Assembly (NCBI GenBank): GCA_964016885.1 | Contig: OZ024758.1 | Span: 9,052,001-9,116,000 of the forward strand | Length of the DNA stretch: 64,000 nucleotides | From: Eledone cirrhosa | Lineage: Eukaryota | Reading direction: 5' to 3' | Part shown: in pieces, positions 39,701 through 53,928 of the stretch | Position numbering within the stretch: the stretch's first letter is position 1 | Layout: every line of letters begins with the position of its first letter | Notes under the pieces: generated by a model | Told to the model about the DNA's origin: nothing | Databases searched by the model: none | What the model saw: the letters and a program-made list of their open reading frames with translations, nothing else | Made by a program: the position numbers and the translations under genes

Positions 39701-42700
39701 GTCTCGCACAGCCCACAATTTCCAGCGAAGTGTAACTGTTAAAAACTCGTGCTTTTCGGTGGCATAGCGATACGACTATAAGCAGTATTTCAATTTGAAA
39801 ATGTTCTTTGTAAAGAGTGAATAACGATGAAAGCCCTGCACACTCACTGCGACATATAGCAATTAATTATCGTAGGCATAGTCTATTTATGTATGCATGT
39901 ACATTCTGGTCATGGTCACAGTGGAGATGAGCAAAGGTGAGCTCTGCCAGAGCACTTCTCTGCCTTTAAAATGTATGAATATACATATTGCATATAATTG
40001 TTTCTACTTATGGCACAAGGCCAGCAAATACCCAGTGCATTACTGGTACTTTATTTTATCGACCCCGTAAGGATGAAAGGCAAAGTTAACATGTTGCATA
40101 GAATAATAGGTAACTGGTGTGGTTATCCACTTCTATCGGTTGATAATTAACCAGTTATATATGACATCTGAGAAATAATTAGGAAAAGAATTGATCAAGT
40201 GGAAGGTCTTTTATTTCGTATGCTGGGAAATGCTTAAAACATTTTTTGTTGTCTCTTTTTTTTTTTTTATCTTCTCTTTCCGTCGTCTCATTTCTTCTAT
40301 TGCAGTTTAGGCGTCTATAATCTTTTCGTCATATAATGAATTATTTACATGTAGAAAGAAATGTGTATGGGAGATCTTTAACAAACGCGAAAAGCATAGC
40401 AAAGCAATGATGACTGACGCTATTGACAACACAATAGTAACCCGAATGAAAGAATGTGTCATTACTTTGAAAGTTTTGAAAGGGAGAGAGAAAGAAAGGA
40501 ATAATATATAGAGAAGTAGTACACTGGAAGGTAATATCCGTAGTGGTAGAGTACATGTGAGTTCTCTTTGTCGTGGATTCAATTTCTGGACTGGGTTGTG
40601 TTGTGTTCTTGGGCAAAACACTTTATTTCACGTTGTACTCAGTCTGAAAATGAGTACCAGCAATAGCTGGGGGGTTTAATCCTGCGATGGCCTGGCATCA
40701 TGTCTAGGAGAGAGTCTTGTGCTCTCAGTTGTTTCATACCACGGAAACCGAGATAAACACCAACCTAATGAGCCTCCTTGGTACTTGTTTTTTTCTTTCT
40801 CTTTCCTTTCTACATCTAATTTCTTCTTATTTCCATTCCCACCAAATTTCCCTCTAATAAAAAAAAAACCTGTCTTAAAAGATACAGTGAACAATTAGGT
40901 CCCAGATATAGAAAAGGGCGGGTGGTCACGGCTTCAACGCCTTTGATCTGGGGCTAGAGAACAGCTACCTTTACTGAATGAAAGAAACATCAGTTTATAA
41001 AATAATTAAGCCTGGTTAAAATGCTGAGATATTTTTTATTCCTGATTCTCAGAACTTTGTTTCCCCTTCAAATATCAGAATTAACGTAACAAAAACGAAA
41101 GAGCTTGAACTACACGCCATCTGTTGAACTCAGTTCCAAACAGTTGACTGCCTGCAACAGGTCTAGGCTACATGTCCTGACCTGTTTAATAATTGAGATA
41201 ATCTTACAGATTACGAGGATTACCATCTTCCACGTGCAATATTTTATTCTGGCTAAAGAGAAAATAATACTTTTTACAAAAACAAAATTAGAATTTGTAT
41301 TTTCGCTGTGTTCTTTATATAAAAAGGTAAGATATGAAAGGTGTGATATGAAAGACATTAATGTTAGATGGAGGTGAGTAGACAGATAAAGTGCTAGGCT
41401 AAATAATAAATATATGGGATAGTCATGTTTGGGACGCTTCTGATCATAATATTTACTCGACTTGAACGGACTTGGGACAAAATTCTTATGAAAAACGATC
41501 ATTTGGTTGAGAAAGTAAATAATATTACACGTGGTTATAGTGGAAAAATCTACTGGAACTGAAACCCAACAATTGAGGACAGAAAGCGTTCTGAGAGCTG
41601 TTTAAAATCTATTTATGAAACTTTCGTGTGAGTAACGTCACATCCGTTTCCCCATCAAACTGCCCTACCTTAAATGCTTCAATATCAATCCGAACTAGTT
41701 CACACACATGCGTAGGCTTTTAGTCCGCTTTATATTAGAACGCATTTAAATGAGAATCGAGTTTCTATTTATTTTTTATTTTAATATAATTCTTCTTCTA
41801 TAATAAATAGAATGAAACTCGCGGGCGAGCACTGACATGCACGCAATTAGAATACAATGGATATCATAAATGCGCATATAAAAATAGTTATAATTCCACG
41901 TGTCACCAGAGCCTAATTTTAACTGCTACATGTGTATTACACACATATATATATATATAAATGAAATCAATTTACTAGCTTTTTAGATTCATATATTTAG
42001 TTAAACACAAACTCGTGTCATAAGAACTTGATATGTGCTAAAGAGTTTAAAAAATTGAGCGTACTTTAAATATAAACATATATATATATATAGTATAGTA
42101 TGGTTTGTTAATTTGTTGTGGGAATAACTAACTCTCTCTCTCTATATATATCATTTTGTAGGTTTACTTGTCGTAATCTGTGGAAGTGGGGTTGAGTTGG
42201 GGCAGTTGTTATTGGAGAACGAGGCGAGGGAAACATTAATATTTAGGAATTGGTGAAGTCAGAAACAATTCAAGTGAAATGGAATTTCCTCACACGTTTT
42301 ACACATGCGATGAGCGACTAGTTCAGCCTGTTTTTGTGTTTTAGGTCAGACATAATCGCTTCTGTCAAACAAGTAGAAACTTGAAGTAGTGTGTCTGTTT
42401 ACAGCTGCTTGCTTGGGCCCTCTACTCCTGAAGAAATCGCAGGGGCGTTGGAATTACAGTAACGATAAGAGTTTATTAAATGGAAGGCTGTTAGTTGTTA
42501 AGGCTCCAGGCTTGATCAAACAGTCTACCCAACACCATCTAATTTTTTTTTTTTATTAGTGTATCCAAAGACTAATATTCAGTGTGTCCATTTTAAAGAC
42601 GGACAGAGCATGACCTGAGGAGGTTTGACTGGTGTTTCAATCAGGTTGAACGACTACGTAAAGGTTTTCTGGTCTTGGTTAGCCATCATTTTGCTGACTT

Positions 42701-42885
42701 GTGGCACGTATATAGCCATTCGTTTTTGTTTTTATTTTTATTTTTATTTTTTAAGCCACGAATAATAACTAATCGAGTAGACCTATATCAAATGTATTCC
42801 ATCTTTTTTTATGGGCAACTTATCTTGCCTCATGATCCTGCGAGTACACGGGAAATTCCAGAGTAAAAGAACACATCACTTAGCC

Positions 42886-42945
<60 letters not shown>

Positions 42946-42986
42946 GATATAGAGATGAGATTTTGGTTATGCTTGAGTTAACAAGT

Positions 42987-43085
42987 TTGGTGAGCCACTC
43001 AATTAAAACCTCAATGGTTTGGTGAGCCTAATCAATTAAAACCTCAATGGTTTGGTGAGCCTAATCAATTAAAACCTCAATGTTA
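42987..43085. repeat. 33-bp tandem repeat x3
   Basis: Unit ttggtgagcctaatcaattaaaacctcaatggt. Confidence 0.85.
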
Positions 43086-43194
43086 AACCTCGTTTCGCTC
43101 TTAATGTATACATACACTGCTATAGCATAGAGTGCTAATATTGGTATCTTCCTCAGTAAACCACAAATCTATTGAATCGCCTTATATATATATA

Positions 43195-43295
43195 TACAGG
43201 GTGTCCTAAAAATGTATACACACTTTAATTACCTGTACAGGCAATATTTATTAGAATGCTGTTGAAGTGTGTATACATTTTGGGGGACACCATGT
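43195..43295. mobile_element. ~100-bp Tc1/mariner-type mini-MITE
   Basis: tacagggtgtcctaaaaatgtatacacactt / aagtgtgtatacattttgggggacaccatgt inverted termini inside TA-rich DNA. Confidence 0.6.
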
Positions 43296-43335
43296 GTGTG
43301 TGTGTATATGTAATATATATATATATATATATATG

Positions 43336-43478
<143 letters not shown>

Positions 43479-44753
43479 ATTGATTGGTTGTCCATTTTTT
43501 AAAAATAATTTGACTATTACTTATAGGAGGTTGAGTAACCACGCCGAGCTCCCTCATTAGCTTGTGGCTAGTGACTGTATGAAATCTATTGCTTCATATA
43601 TACCGTGGTTTTCACATATTTTCTTTGAACATAGTGAGCAATCCTACTTATTAGCAAAATGGCACATTTGGCGTGTTGCATTTTCTCTACAGCTAATCCT
43701 GTATACAATATAGTTTCTGGTGGTACACACAAGTTAGATGGATTTGGTCGTGGCACAACAGTTGCTGTTCTTATTCACTTTGGTGTTGTGCATTTGTCGA
43801 TTAATCATATTTGCCAGAAAAAGGCGAATTGGCAGAGTCGCTAGATTGTCGGATAGAGTGCTTTGCGGTATTCGTTCTGGGCCCCTTCTCTCTCAGTTCA
43901 AATCCCGCCGAGGTCGATAAAAAATAAAAAGTACCAGTCAGTACTGCGGTTGATTCTCTATATTTCTCTCTCACTTTCTATCCTTCTCTGGAAGAAATCC
44001 GCTGTCCTCAGACCTGGGGAGGGATGACTCCACCAGTCTTTAAAAATGCTCAAGAACTCTTTATGTCAATACGTTGTCCCTACAACTCCTTCAACATTTC
44101 GATGTCCTTATTGTCTGTTTTGTGTGAAGTTGTCACCTTAGACTTTCTTTTTTTTCCAGTTTATCTTTCGACTACCATTTCAATCACGACCAGCCAATCT
44201 ATTTTGGGGAGCATATTGTTTTTTTAAGATTACATTTTTCAACCCCCTTCTCTCTCTCAAACTATAAAGAGTAATTTTAGGAAGATTTGGCTGTTTATTT
44301 TAACCTTAACCCTTATTAGCTTGGTTTTCGTTAGTCCTGTCTATTTCAGTTTTTTATCTTTTTACATGGCGATTTACTTGCTAACATTTCAGTATGTCAA
44401 TTAATGTTAAGTCCCACCCAGGTCAGCTCTAATTGAGCAGACCTATGGACCGTACCGTCTTTTTTTATGTGTATTAAAGGTCACATTATCCAATGTCTTT
44501 TTTTTTTAACAGTTGGCTATGTGGGGGGGGGGGGGGGTTTAACTGCTATTTCTAGCTGGTCATGCGTCCACATAGCTATCCTTCCCTAGTTGGATCGCTG
44601 TTTATTTTCACAGTTGCTGAAGAAAATATATTTTTAACACTAACAGAAGAGCTCAGATTTGGAAGGTGAATATAGCCAATTGGACATGTATTCATCACTT
44701 CAAGAAAGAATGGAAGACATAGTTGATATGCTAATGAAAATGTTGACCTTCAA

Positions 44754-44790
<37 letters not shown>

Positions 44791-47700
44791 TTTTTTTTTT
44801 ACCTGAATATATGAGGGTAGGCTGACTATGAAGGAGTGATGCTAGAGCTGTGAAATCTTGCATGCATTAATTTCAACTCTTTCTAATTAATAACTGCATT
44901 GTTTCTTTCTAGAGACTATTTTGAAAAATAAACCTCATTTGGTCATTCCATGAGAGTATCTTGGTCAGCGTATGAGGTTTTCAGTCGACCCTGTTTATAC
45001 ACGCATTTTTTAACATACTTTAGCTTTTTATTGTATTAATCATTTAATGTGGTTTCACATATACAACTTTATGTTGACATCTAAAGCTAGTAGTAAATAA
45101 TAATTGCTTTCCTTATCTAGTGTGGCTGTAAGTGGTATCGATTACAGCTAATGTTTTGTTTATCAATAATACTGAACAACAGTTTTGGATGTCATAACCT
45201 CAGGCTTGTTTTCTACCAATTTAGGGCCGTTAGATTCCATAATCGTAGTCCCCATCACCTTAATTATTTGTTCTTCAACATACCCTCATGTTCACCTTTA
45301 AAAAGTATTTAATTACAATGAAACTGACCAACACACGTTTTGGTGCGTATGTACCCATTCTTCCGTTCATTTCTTTTTCCAATTCCTAAGTCATCCGCTT
45401 TGTTTACCATTTTGGCCACTGGTTTAACATTTTCTAAAAAGATAGAACAGGTAACCAGCTGTTCTTTAACGTAGTGGTTAACGTCCGACATCCGAGAGAT
45501 GCAGTGTTCAATTCCTCGTATGCACCCCTGTCTACTTCTTTTCTATCACTTCTAGTACTTTACGCCATTTTCTCAACTAGTCATATGGTCATTTGCGTTG
45601 GGAAACACGCACGCGCACACTCATTCCCCACTGTTTCTTAAGTCAACTGCTTTGTTTATAAATTATTTTATTTCAGCATGAAAGCTAAAAAATACAGCAT
45701 TGAACAAACAAACTGCCTGTTCTGGCTACTTAAGCAGTAAATCCACGAGACGGGACAGAAAAAACTTAAAACGGGGAGTTTTAGTTTGTTTTTTTCCAAT
45801 GGTTCCTGGATAAACGTTTTTGGCAATCATAGGACAGACAACTACTTTAAATTGCCTCCACCATTATTTAGCTTACTTTACAGGAAAGCTAGGGGATTTT
45901 GTTGAAGAGCAATGAGAACGATTCTATCTGGATATAAAAACAATGAAATGTAAAGGGTGATACATAAGAACCTTCATCATCGTTTTGACATCTGCTTTCC
46001 CTGTTAGCAAGGGTTGGACGGGTCTATATAGACCAAGTCAGTACTGAAGTGGAGCCACTGATCTCCCAAGCAGGCCAGGGATCTGTGTCTCGCTTATGTA
46101 CAGTCTCATGTTCCAACGAATGTACGGAAGAAGTTTGTCATATCTTTGACACAACTGAAGCTCCTCCGAACCCTTTGCTTGTCAAGTTTTCAATGGCTGG
46201 ATGCCCTACCTATCACCAACCACTTTACAGTGTGTACTGGCCGAGTTTATCATGTAGGTCACCAAACGCTAGGGAGGCTGTCATCCCCTTGACACTACTG
46301 AAGGGTCCACCGACTCTTTGTCTGGCAAGTTTTCAATGGCTGGAAAGACTATTTTGGTAAATTAACTCCCAGAAAATTCTGTAAAAGAAGCTTGTGTGTT
46401 GAATAGCTCATCTTTTTATATGGTTTACGCTTATTTTTGAGTTAGAATTACTATTGATTCTAACGCAATGCATTCTCAGCATTTGTGCTGAAATAAACTG
46501 ATTTAGTGATAGGTGTTGTTTTAATTGAATGTAATATATTTATTAATAGCAATAATAATTGTTTTATTATCAAAATAACTTTACCATAGATTAATTAGAG
46601 CTGATAGGGCAAACAGGATGCCATGTTTGGAACCAGCAGTTTTAATAAACCCCTAAAATAGGTGTAAATTCTATGGGAGTAAAATGTAAAGTTCATAGCT
46701 GACCAAGATACTCTCATGGAATGACCAAATGAGGTTTATTTTTCAACATGGAAATAAACAATGCAGTTCTTAATAAGAAGAGTGAAATTAATGCATGCAA
46801 TATTTCACAGCTCTAGCATCACTCCTTCATAGTCAGCTTATGAACTTTTCAGCCCACCGTCATAAATACAGCTCATAAGTTGATACATCAACCTATAAAG
46901 CAGTATACTGTATTGCCCAAAATAGAGGGGTTCTTTTTTCTTCTTTTAATCAATTGACAAGATCCCAGACTTCACTCACTGAGTGGGTGGAACTCATTAA
47001 ATCGAGGAACTAACCAAGGAAACAATGTTTCCATTGGTCTTTCCATTGCTGATAATAACTACTGGTCACAACTCCTGGCAGAATGAAATAAAGTGTCTTG
47101 CTCAAAGACATAACACATTGCCTAGTCCCGCAAACGAATTCTCAACCTCATGGCTGCGAATACAATTCTCTAACCAGTAAGCCATGTACCTTCACAAGAG
47201 GATGGAACAAAACTGGTGATATTTAGAATCAGTGCCTCAAATATACCGAAGTGTAGGTCTAACTTCTGGAATATTGTTTTTACTAATTATTTCTTACACA
47301 ACAACCACAGTGGTTAACTTTTAATAGCCTGTAATGACTTAGTAGAATATATCTAAAAATAAGTTTGTTAATTCAAATGTTTATAGTATCTTTACTTAGA
47401 CCATTATAAACAGTTGGATTAACAAACAAGACGACCAGGTTAATTCTACGCATGATGATGCCTCTGGGATAGCTGACCTTCTTTACTAAAGGACAGATCG
47501 TTGTGAAAATTTGCTGTAAACCAAATTAAAGGGTTTAATTTTCAATGTCAACCAGTCATAGTGTTGTTTTATACTTTTTAAGAATGCACTTCATATGGTA
47601 TATTTCAAGAAGTGAGGCATAACAGTTTGACTTGTAGAGATCTTGTGTATCCTACTGGATCAACCTTTCAATTTTGGACTTGGAACAAAGTTGAAATCTG

Positions 47701-47815
47701 ACCCAAGATGATTTTGACTTTTGCATCAGGCATTTACTGGGGTTGAGATAACCATCTTTACAACTCTGCTACAAATGTTCTCACTTCTAACTAACATCTA
47801 TGGCAGACTTCAAAT

Positions 47816-48125
47816 GAGCATTGGTTTTGTCCCAAAATTGGAAAATTGATAATTAAAAATGTTTGTGTGTATTAATCATCATCATCATCATCATCAGGGG
47901 CCTTACTACAGGAGCCTTGCTTTTGTCCAAGTGTTAAAAAATTGATAATTAAAAAGTTTAGTGGATTTGACCTCTTAAAATCATCATCATCATCATCATC
48001 AGAGGCCTACTACAGGAGCATTGCTTTTGTCCCAGTATTGAAAAGTTGATAATTAAAACTTTTGGTGGAATGTTGTCTTAACATCATTGGAGACTATGTC
48101 ACAGAGCAATGATTTTGGCCCAAGA
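47816..48125. repeat. Diverged ~100-bp tandem repeat x3, with (ATC)n inside the units
   Basis: gagcattgcttttgtcc...ttgataattaaaa...(atc)n...tactacag recurs three times. Confidence 0.75.
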
Positions 48126-48169
48126 TTTTCCTGGACAGACTCACAAACATTATGTTATATATACATATA

Positions 48170-48360
48170 GAGCGGTGGATTGGCAGTATCGGTAGAGGGT
48201 CAGACGCCATGCTTTAACACAGAGTTACGGCCCTTATCATTCTGAATTCAAATCCCGCCGAGGTTAACTTTGCCTTTCATCCTTACGGGGTCGATAAAAT
48301 AAAGTACCAGTAATGTACTGAGTAATTGTTGGCCTTGTGCCAAAAAGTAGAAACAATTGT
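48170..48360 (+). mobile_element. tRNA-derived SINE, octopus-like family (other copies ~38120-38335, 38570-38690, 43825-43950, 22150-22280, 16255-16390 on +; 7255-7390, 15822-15910, 39995-40090, 57160-57460 on -)
   Basis: A-box-like ggcagtatcggtagag, B-box-like ttcaaatcccgccgagg, then ctttgcctttcatccttacggggtcgataaaataaagtaccag. Confidence 0.8.
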
Positions 48361-51300
48361 GTTATATATACATATATGTATACACTCACACACATATCAT
48401 CACCACCGTCATTTAACATCCATTTTTTCCATGCTAGCATGGGTTAGACGGGTTGTCCTGTTGTGGGTAATGCCAGGTCAGGTGACCATGTCTTGCTCAT
48501 ACAGAACTGATTTGGGTTTGGTTTCTAGAGCTGGATGCCTTTCCTAACGCCAACCTCATTGACAGTGAGTTCTGGGTGCTTTTTGTTGTGACACACACCT
48601 ACACGACCATTTATATATATATATACGATATTAATAAATGGAAACTATATTTATAAAACCATATTTATTTCATTATACATATTTCAGGGATACCACATTA
48701 AATTTTGGTATGCTTGAATCTAAAATCAGATGATAGGTAATTTCTCCTCATAGCTGACATGTTCGTGTATCAGCAGCAACACTGGACACAAGACATTGTG
48801 TTTTACATAGATAAGAAAGTATTTATGTGTGTAAGAGTGACTTGGTTTCTATTCCCGATTTGGGATTATTTTATTTCACTTAGGGAACTAACATTCCGGA
48901 AAAGGTGTGAATAGCCTATGAACCCATTTCCCCTTTCCTGGGAGTAGCTGAAACATTGAACTTTCGTAGGAAATCAATATTACTCAATGACATGTATCAT
49001 CCTAGTTTATCTATCCCTATTCAAGATGTACTAATCCATTTTATACCAGGCAGAAGTAAAGGTAAACTCGTCTGTATTTTGTAACGAGTACTAATATTAG
49101 CAGTGATGGAGTTATAAAGTACTGCAACATTCCAGGTAGAGACTACGTTAAAAAAAAACTGCCTGTTTGTCTCGCATTAGTACACTTTACTGGAATATTT
49201 TATTTCAATTATCACTGTTATATATCGCCTGAATAACCAATCTTGCTCGTCTCTAATCAATATTGTATATAAACAATCTTTGACCACCGCCCTCGCTCAC
49301 GGTATTGTTTTCTTTCACAAATGACAGGTCATTGGGGACTTTTCATTTTATATGGGGCTTAAACTGGAAAAGTCGCTGTGCCAAAGGTGGGAAAATAAGA
49401 TATGTCGTTAATGGTTAATTCTGTATAAGGTAAACCGAATAGTTTTTGGCTGCTATAACTAGACCATATCTAAAAATGTTACCATGTTAGGAGTATAATT
49501 ACATCAAGAACATTTCGACTAAGTTTAAGGCCTTGCTATGTCTTATTTCGTAGACGAATTTACGAAGAACAGCTACCCATACAAACGAGCATCGGAAAGT
49601 AGGTGTTATAAACCGATTATAATGTAATTAGGGATTTCCTTCGTAGGTTATTGCAATATCTTCTTGTGTGTTTATCTGTAGACGATATCTTCAATTTTAT
49701 TATAGACTTTTGTGTTTTCTATGACTCGTAACAAAAAATAGTCATTTTAGGTGTTGTCGACAAAGATTTTGGATAATAAATCGTAAAAAAAAGAATATGG
49801 TTTCTGATTTGTTTTTTATAGTTAATTATTTGAGCGTGGAGTGGGGTCGTCTGTTTAACTTGTAATGTTAGTGAAAATATATTTTGTTACTTAGATTTAA
49901 TATCAAAGGTAGTTTTAGGGTTTATTGTAACAAATTTACTGACATATTTATTAGTTTCACATACAACTGAAATTGTTTATTTATTTTTTTCTTTGATTTT
50001 CACATGCGTTACTGTCATTAACTTTCAATGCTTTGAGAGTGATATAGTTTATAGATGTAACTGTGCGAAACCTCATCGCATATGTAACATTTTTTATCGA
50101 TCACATAACACGTTATTTTCCTTTGCCTATTGTTTGTTTTTTTTCCGGGAGAATAGATAAACAGTTGTGTATTTACGTATCTAGCCCACACACATACATA
50201 TATCAGGCATATTATTATTTTTACTGTAATACTTTTACGTTATACTCGCTTTAATAAACTGTTTGCCGTTAAATGACTGAATATTTCGTTCACCACCACT
50301 TCGAAAATTCAATTCTTGTCTCCTTCCTACAACTATCTATTAATTAAAATACACGTGTGTCGCATGATAACCTAGGTGGCAAGTCATGGTGACATATATT
50401 CTATCACAAGGGTTGTTTGTAACATGTTTGATAAACTATTATTGACTCAAACATTGTTTTCAGAAAAGCAGTCAGGCTAACCTTTTATTCAACTTTATCG
50501 ATTGATCTCTACCTATAGATGAAGTAGTTTAGCGGTAGTGTAACAGCTTCGTTTCACTATTTTGGTTCCGCCCCTTTCCGTATTTTACCGAAAGCCACCG
50601 ACAATTTACCTTTACAAACGCGTGTTCCCCTTCCTCATCCCTGCTAATTTAATTTTTCGTCTGCTTTTCCTAACTTCCTACCTCACTATCCGGCCCTAAA
50701 CGTATTTTCTTCTAGTTGTTTGTATTTACAAGGAATATTAAATTGAACGAAAATTATCAGCTCTCTACCCCCCCACACCTTTTTTCTGTTGTTAAGCCAA
50801 CATCGTTACAAAAGACGACTTTCTTCGCCATTAAGCACTGGTTTTTCTCTAGAAAGACAGCCCAGCTTCAGTATACATAAACTACAATTTTCTCTGTCGT
50901 TAATTAATATTGCAGTGTATTCGAATTTTTTTCGGCCACTTGGCACTGGTAGGAAAAAATCGTTTTTGGAGGGCAAGTCCCCCCCCCCCCCTTCACACAC
51001 ACGCACACACCTCGTAATACTGTTAATAGACTAAATCAGTTCGTGGTACAGATCATAATTAACTACGATTTCTTTATATAGTCCACTGCTAATGATATTG
51101 ATCATTTCTGTAAAGCTATATTTTCTTTTTAATCGTTTTATCTTTTGGAAAATCGATAAAAAGTTTGAAATCATATTTGCATTTTAAAATCCTCTATTTG
51201 AAATCGATGTCTAGTGAAGACAGTACAAGTTGATAAGTTCACGGACTCCTCTAGACATTAAGGGTGAAGTGGGAGTGAAATTGGTACTGTTAAAATGGAC

Positions 51301-51699
51301 TTTGAAAACTTTGATGTTAAAAGTATTCTTGGAGTAGAACCTGGAAACCAAACTGTGTAGCTTAGGATGTAAGGAACAATACTCCAGATATCAAACTTAG
51401 ATAATCAAATGCAGCCTGCGTGTGGGTGGTGTGTATTTGTGGTTGTGGTTGTGGTTATCAACAAGAAAGGGTTTAATCAATAAGTTAGCCGGCTTCTTCT
51501 AAATGTGAATTAAGATGTGGGGTCTATCATCATCATCATCATCATCATCACCGTTTTACGTCCGTTCTTCCACGCTAGCATGGGTTAGACGGGTTGTCCT
51601 GTTGTGGGCAGTGTCTGGTCGGCTGACCATGCCTTGCTCATACAGGAACTGATCTGGCTTGATTTCTACAGCTGGATGCCCTTCCTAACACCAACCTCA

Positions 51700-52600
51700 T
51701 TTACAGTGAGTGCTGGGTGCTTTTTCGTGGCGCCTACACGTCCACTTTACAGTGTGGGCTGGGTGCTTTTTCGTGGCGCCTACACGTCCACTTTACAGTG
51801 TGGGCTGGGTGCTTTTTCGTGGCGCCTACACGTCCACTTTACAGTGTGGGCTGGGTGCTTTTTCGTGGCGCCTACACGTCCACTTTACAGTGTGGGCTGG
51901 GTGCTTTTTCGTGGCGCCTACACGTCCACTTTACAGTGTGGGCTGGGTGCTTTTTCGTGGCGCCTACACGTCCACTTTACAGTGTGGGCTGGGTGCTTTT
52001 TCGTGGCGCCTACACGTCCACTTTACAGTATGGGCTGGGTGCTTTTTCGTGGCGCCTACACGTCCACTTTACAGTGTGGGCTGGGTGCTTTTTCGTGGCG
52101 CCTACACGTCCACTTTACAGTGTGGGCTGGGTGCTTTTTCGTGGCGCCTACACGTCCACTTTACAGTGTGGGCTGGGTGCTTTTTCGTGGCGCCTACACG
52201 TCCACTTTACAGTGTGGGCTGGGTGCTTTTTCGTGGCGCCTACACGTCCACTTTACAGTGTGGGCTGGGTGCTTTTTCGTGGCGCCTACACGTCCACTTT
52301 ACAGTGTGGGCTGGGTGCTTTTTCGTGGCGCCTACACGTCCACTTTACAGTGTGGGCTGGGTGCTTTTTCGTGGCGCCTACACGTCCACTTTACAGTGTG
52401 GGCTGGGTGCTTTTTCGTGGCGCCTACACGTCCACTTTACAGTGTGGGCTGGGTGCTTTTTCGTGGCGCCTACACGTCCACTTTACAGTATGAGCTGGGT
52501 GCTTTTTCGTGGCGCCTACACGTCCACTTTACAGTGTGGGCTGGGTGCTTTTTCGTGGCGCCTACACGTCCACTTTACAGTGTGGGCTGGGTGCTTTTTT
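51700..52600. repeat. 46-bp minisatellite, ~19-20 near-identical copies, embedded in a SINE
   Basis: Unit gtgctttttcgtggcgcctacacgtccactttacagtgtgggctgg; period checked (51901 to 51947); the SINE tail (ATC)n and body at 51527-51700 lead into it. Confidence 0.97.
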
Positions 52601-52700
52601 TGCCGTGGCACCTCCACGACTATATGGATTTTTTGCCGTGGCACCTCCACGACTATATGGATTTTTTGCCGTGGCACCTCCACTGTCTATATGGATTTTA
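52596..52700. repeat. 33-bp tandem repeat x3
   Basis: Unit ttttttgccgtggcacctccacgactatatgga. Confidence 0.9.
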
Positions 52701-52885
52701 TAGAAGACAAGCAGGTTGTTTACGACTGCAATGTTGTTTTCTCTCATAAAATCTAGTTTCTTCAATACAATTTTGATCATCTTAAGACTATTCATTTTAG
52801 ATTAGATAGAGTATTTCCATGTCCAGTGTCGTCACTTTACATATTTCAACCTACAGAGACAATGTAAAGTGTTTACAATTAAACC

Positions 52886-53170
52886 CAGAGCCTTCTCACT
52901 CCTGCTGGAGGAACACCTCCCTAGTTGACCTCCAGGGCCTTCTCTCTCCTGCTGGAGGAACCCCTTCCTAGTTGACCTCCAGGGCCTTCTCTCTCCTGCT
53001 GGAGGAACACCTCCCTAGTTGACCTCCAGGGCCTTCTCTCTCCTGCTGGAGGAACACCTTCCTAGTTGACCTCCAGGGCCTTCTCTCTCTTGCTGGAGGA
53101 ACACCTTCCTAGTTGACCTCCAGGGCCTTCTCTCTCCTGCTGGAGGAACACCTTCCTAGTTGACCTCCAC
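52886..53170. repeat. 47-bp tandem repeat x6
   Basis: Unit agggccttctctctcctgctggaggaacaccttcctagttgacctcc (starts at 52934, 52981, 53028...). Confidence 0.93.
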
Positions 53171-53887
53171 CATGTCTTCAGGGGTGTAGCTGTACTCAGC
53201 ACTGTTGGCCAGTTGTGGGTTGGTGAGGCTATTTAACCCATAGTTGGAGCGAATGGCCATTGACTGAGAAGTTTATCTGCCCTTTAACAGCTCTTGTTTT
53301 TTGTGCTGCTGGAATTCCACTTACCCTCCCCACCAGACCAGGGCCTGGTGGAGAGACTGTAGTTGCTGACCAGTCACCCTTTCTTTTGTCACTTAATAAT
53401 CTTTGCTCTTTCCCTCCCTTTCCCTCTCATAGCATTTATAGTCCTTTCCAATAGTACTTTCTTTTTCTATGTTTGATTAAATATTAAATTTTTTATTATT
53501 TTTATGTAATTTTATCCTAGGAATATATTTGAGTATTTAGCGTAAATAAAATTTTTTTATATTTAAAAAAAAAGTTGTAGTATTGATTGCCACATAAAGT
53601 CTGAATTCTGGGCTGCATTACCATAGACTGTAGTCACCTCCATTCTTTGAACATATAAATAAACTGGACTGCACAACTGGCAGCTGTAAATTGCAACTAT
53701 ATCATATTGGAGAGTCTTGGGGATTAAACTAAATAATTGTTTCTACTTTAGGCACAAGGCCAGCAATTATCCAGTGCATTACTGGTACTTTTGATTAAAC
53801 TGTGTGACATTTGTGTATTATTATTCTATGTACTATACATGCACCTTTGATGAGTTGTAGTGCACCTGAGCACTTTACACAATAATT

Positions 53888-53928
<41 letters not shown>

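Noticed and set aside
45460-45530. tRNA-like sequence (tagtggttaa...gttcaattcc)
   Set aside because: No complete cloverleaf; most likely a decayed SINE head.
51604-52756. Long ORFs (381, 348 and 258 aa) in all three + frames
   Set aside because: A 46-bp stop-free unit cycles through all frames, giving the same 46-aa repeat; it is SINE-derived with no splice context.
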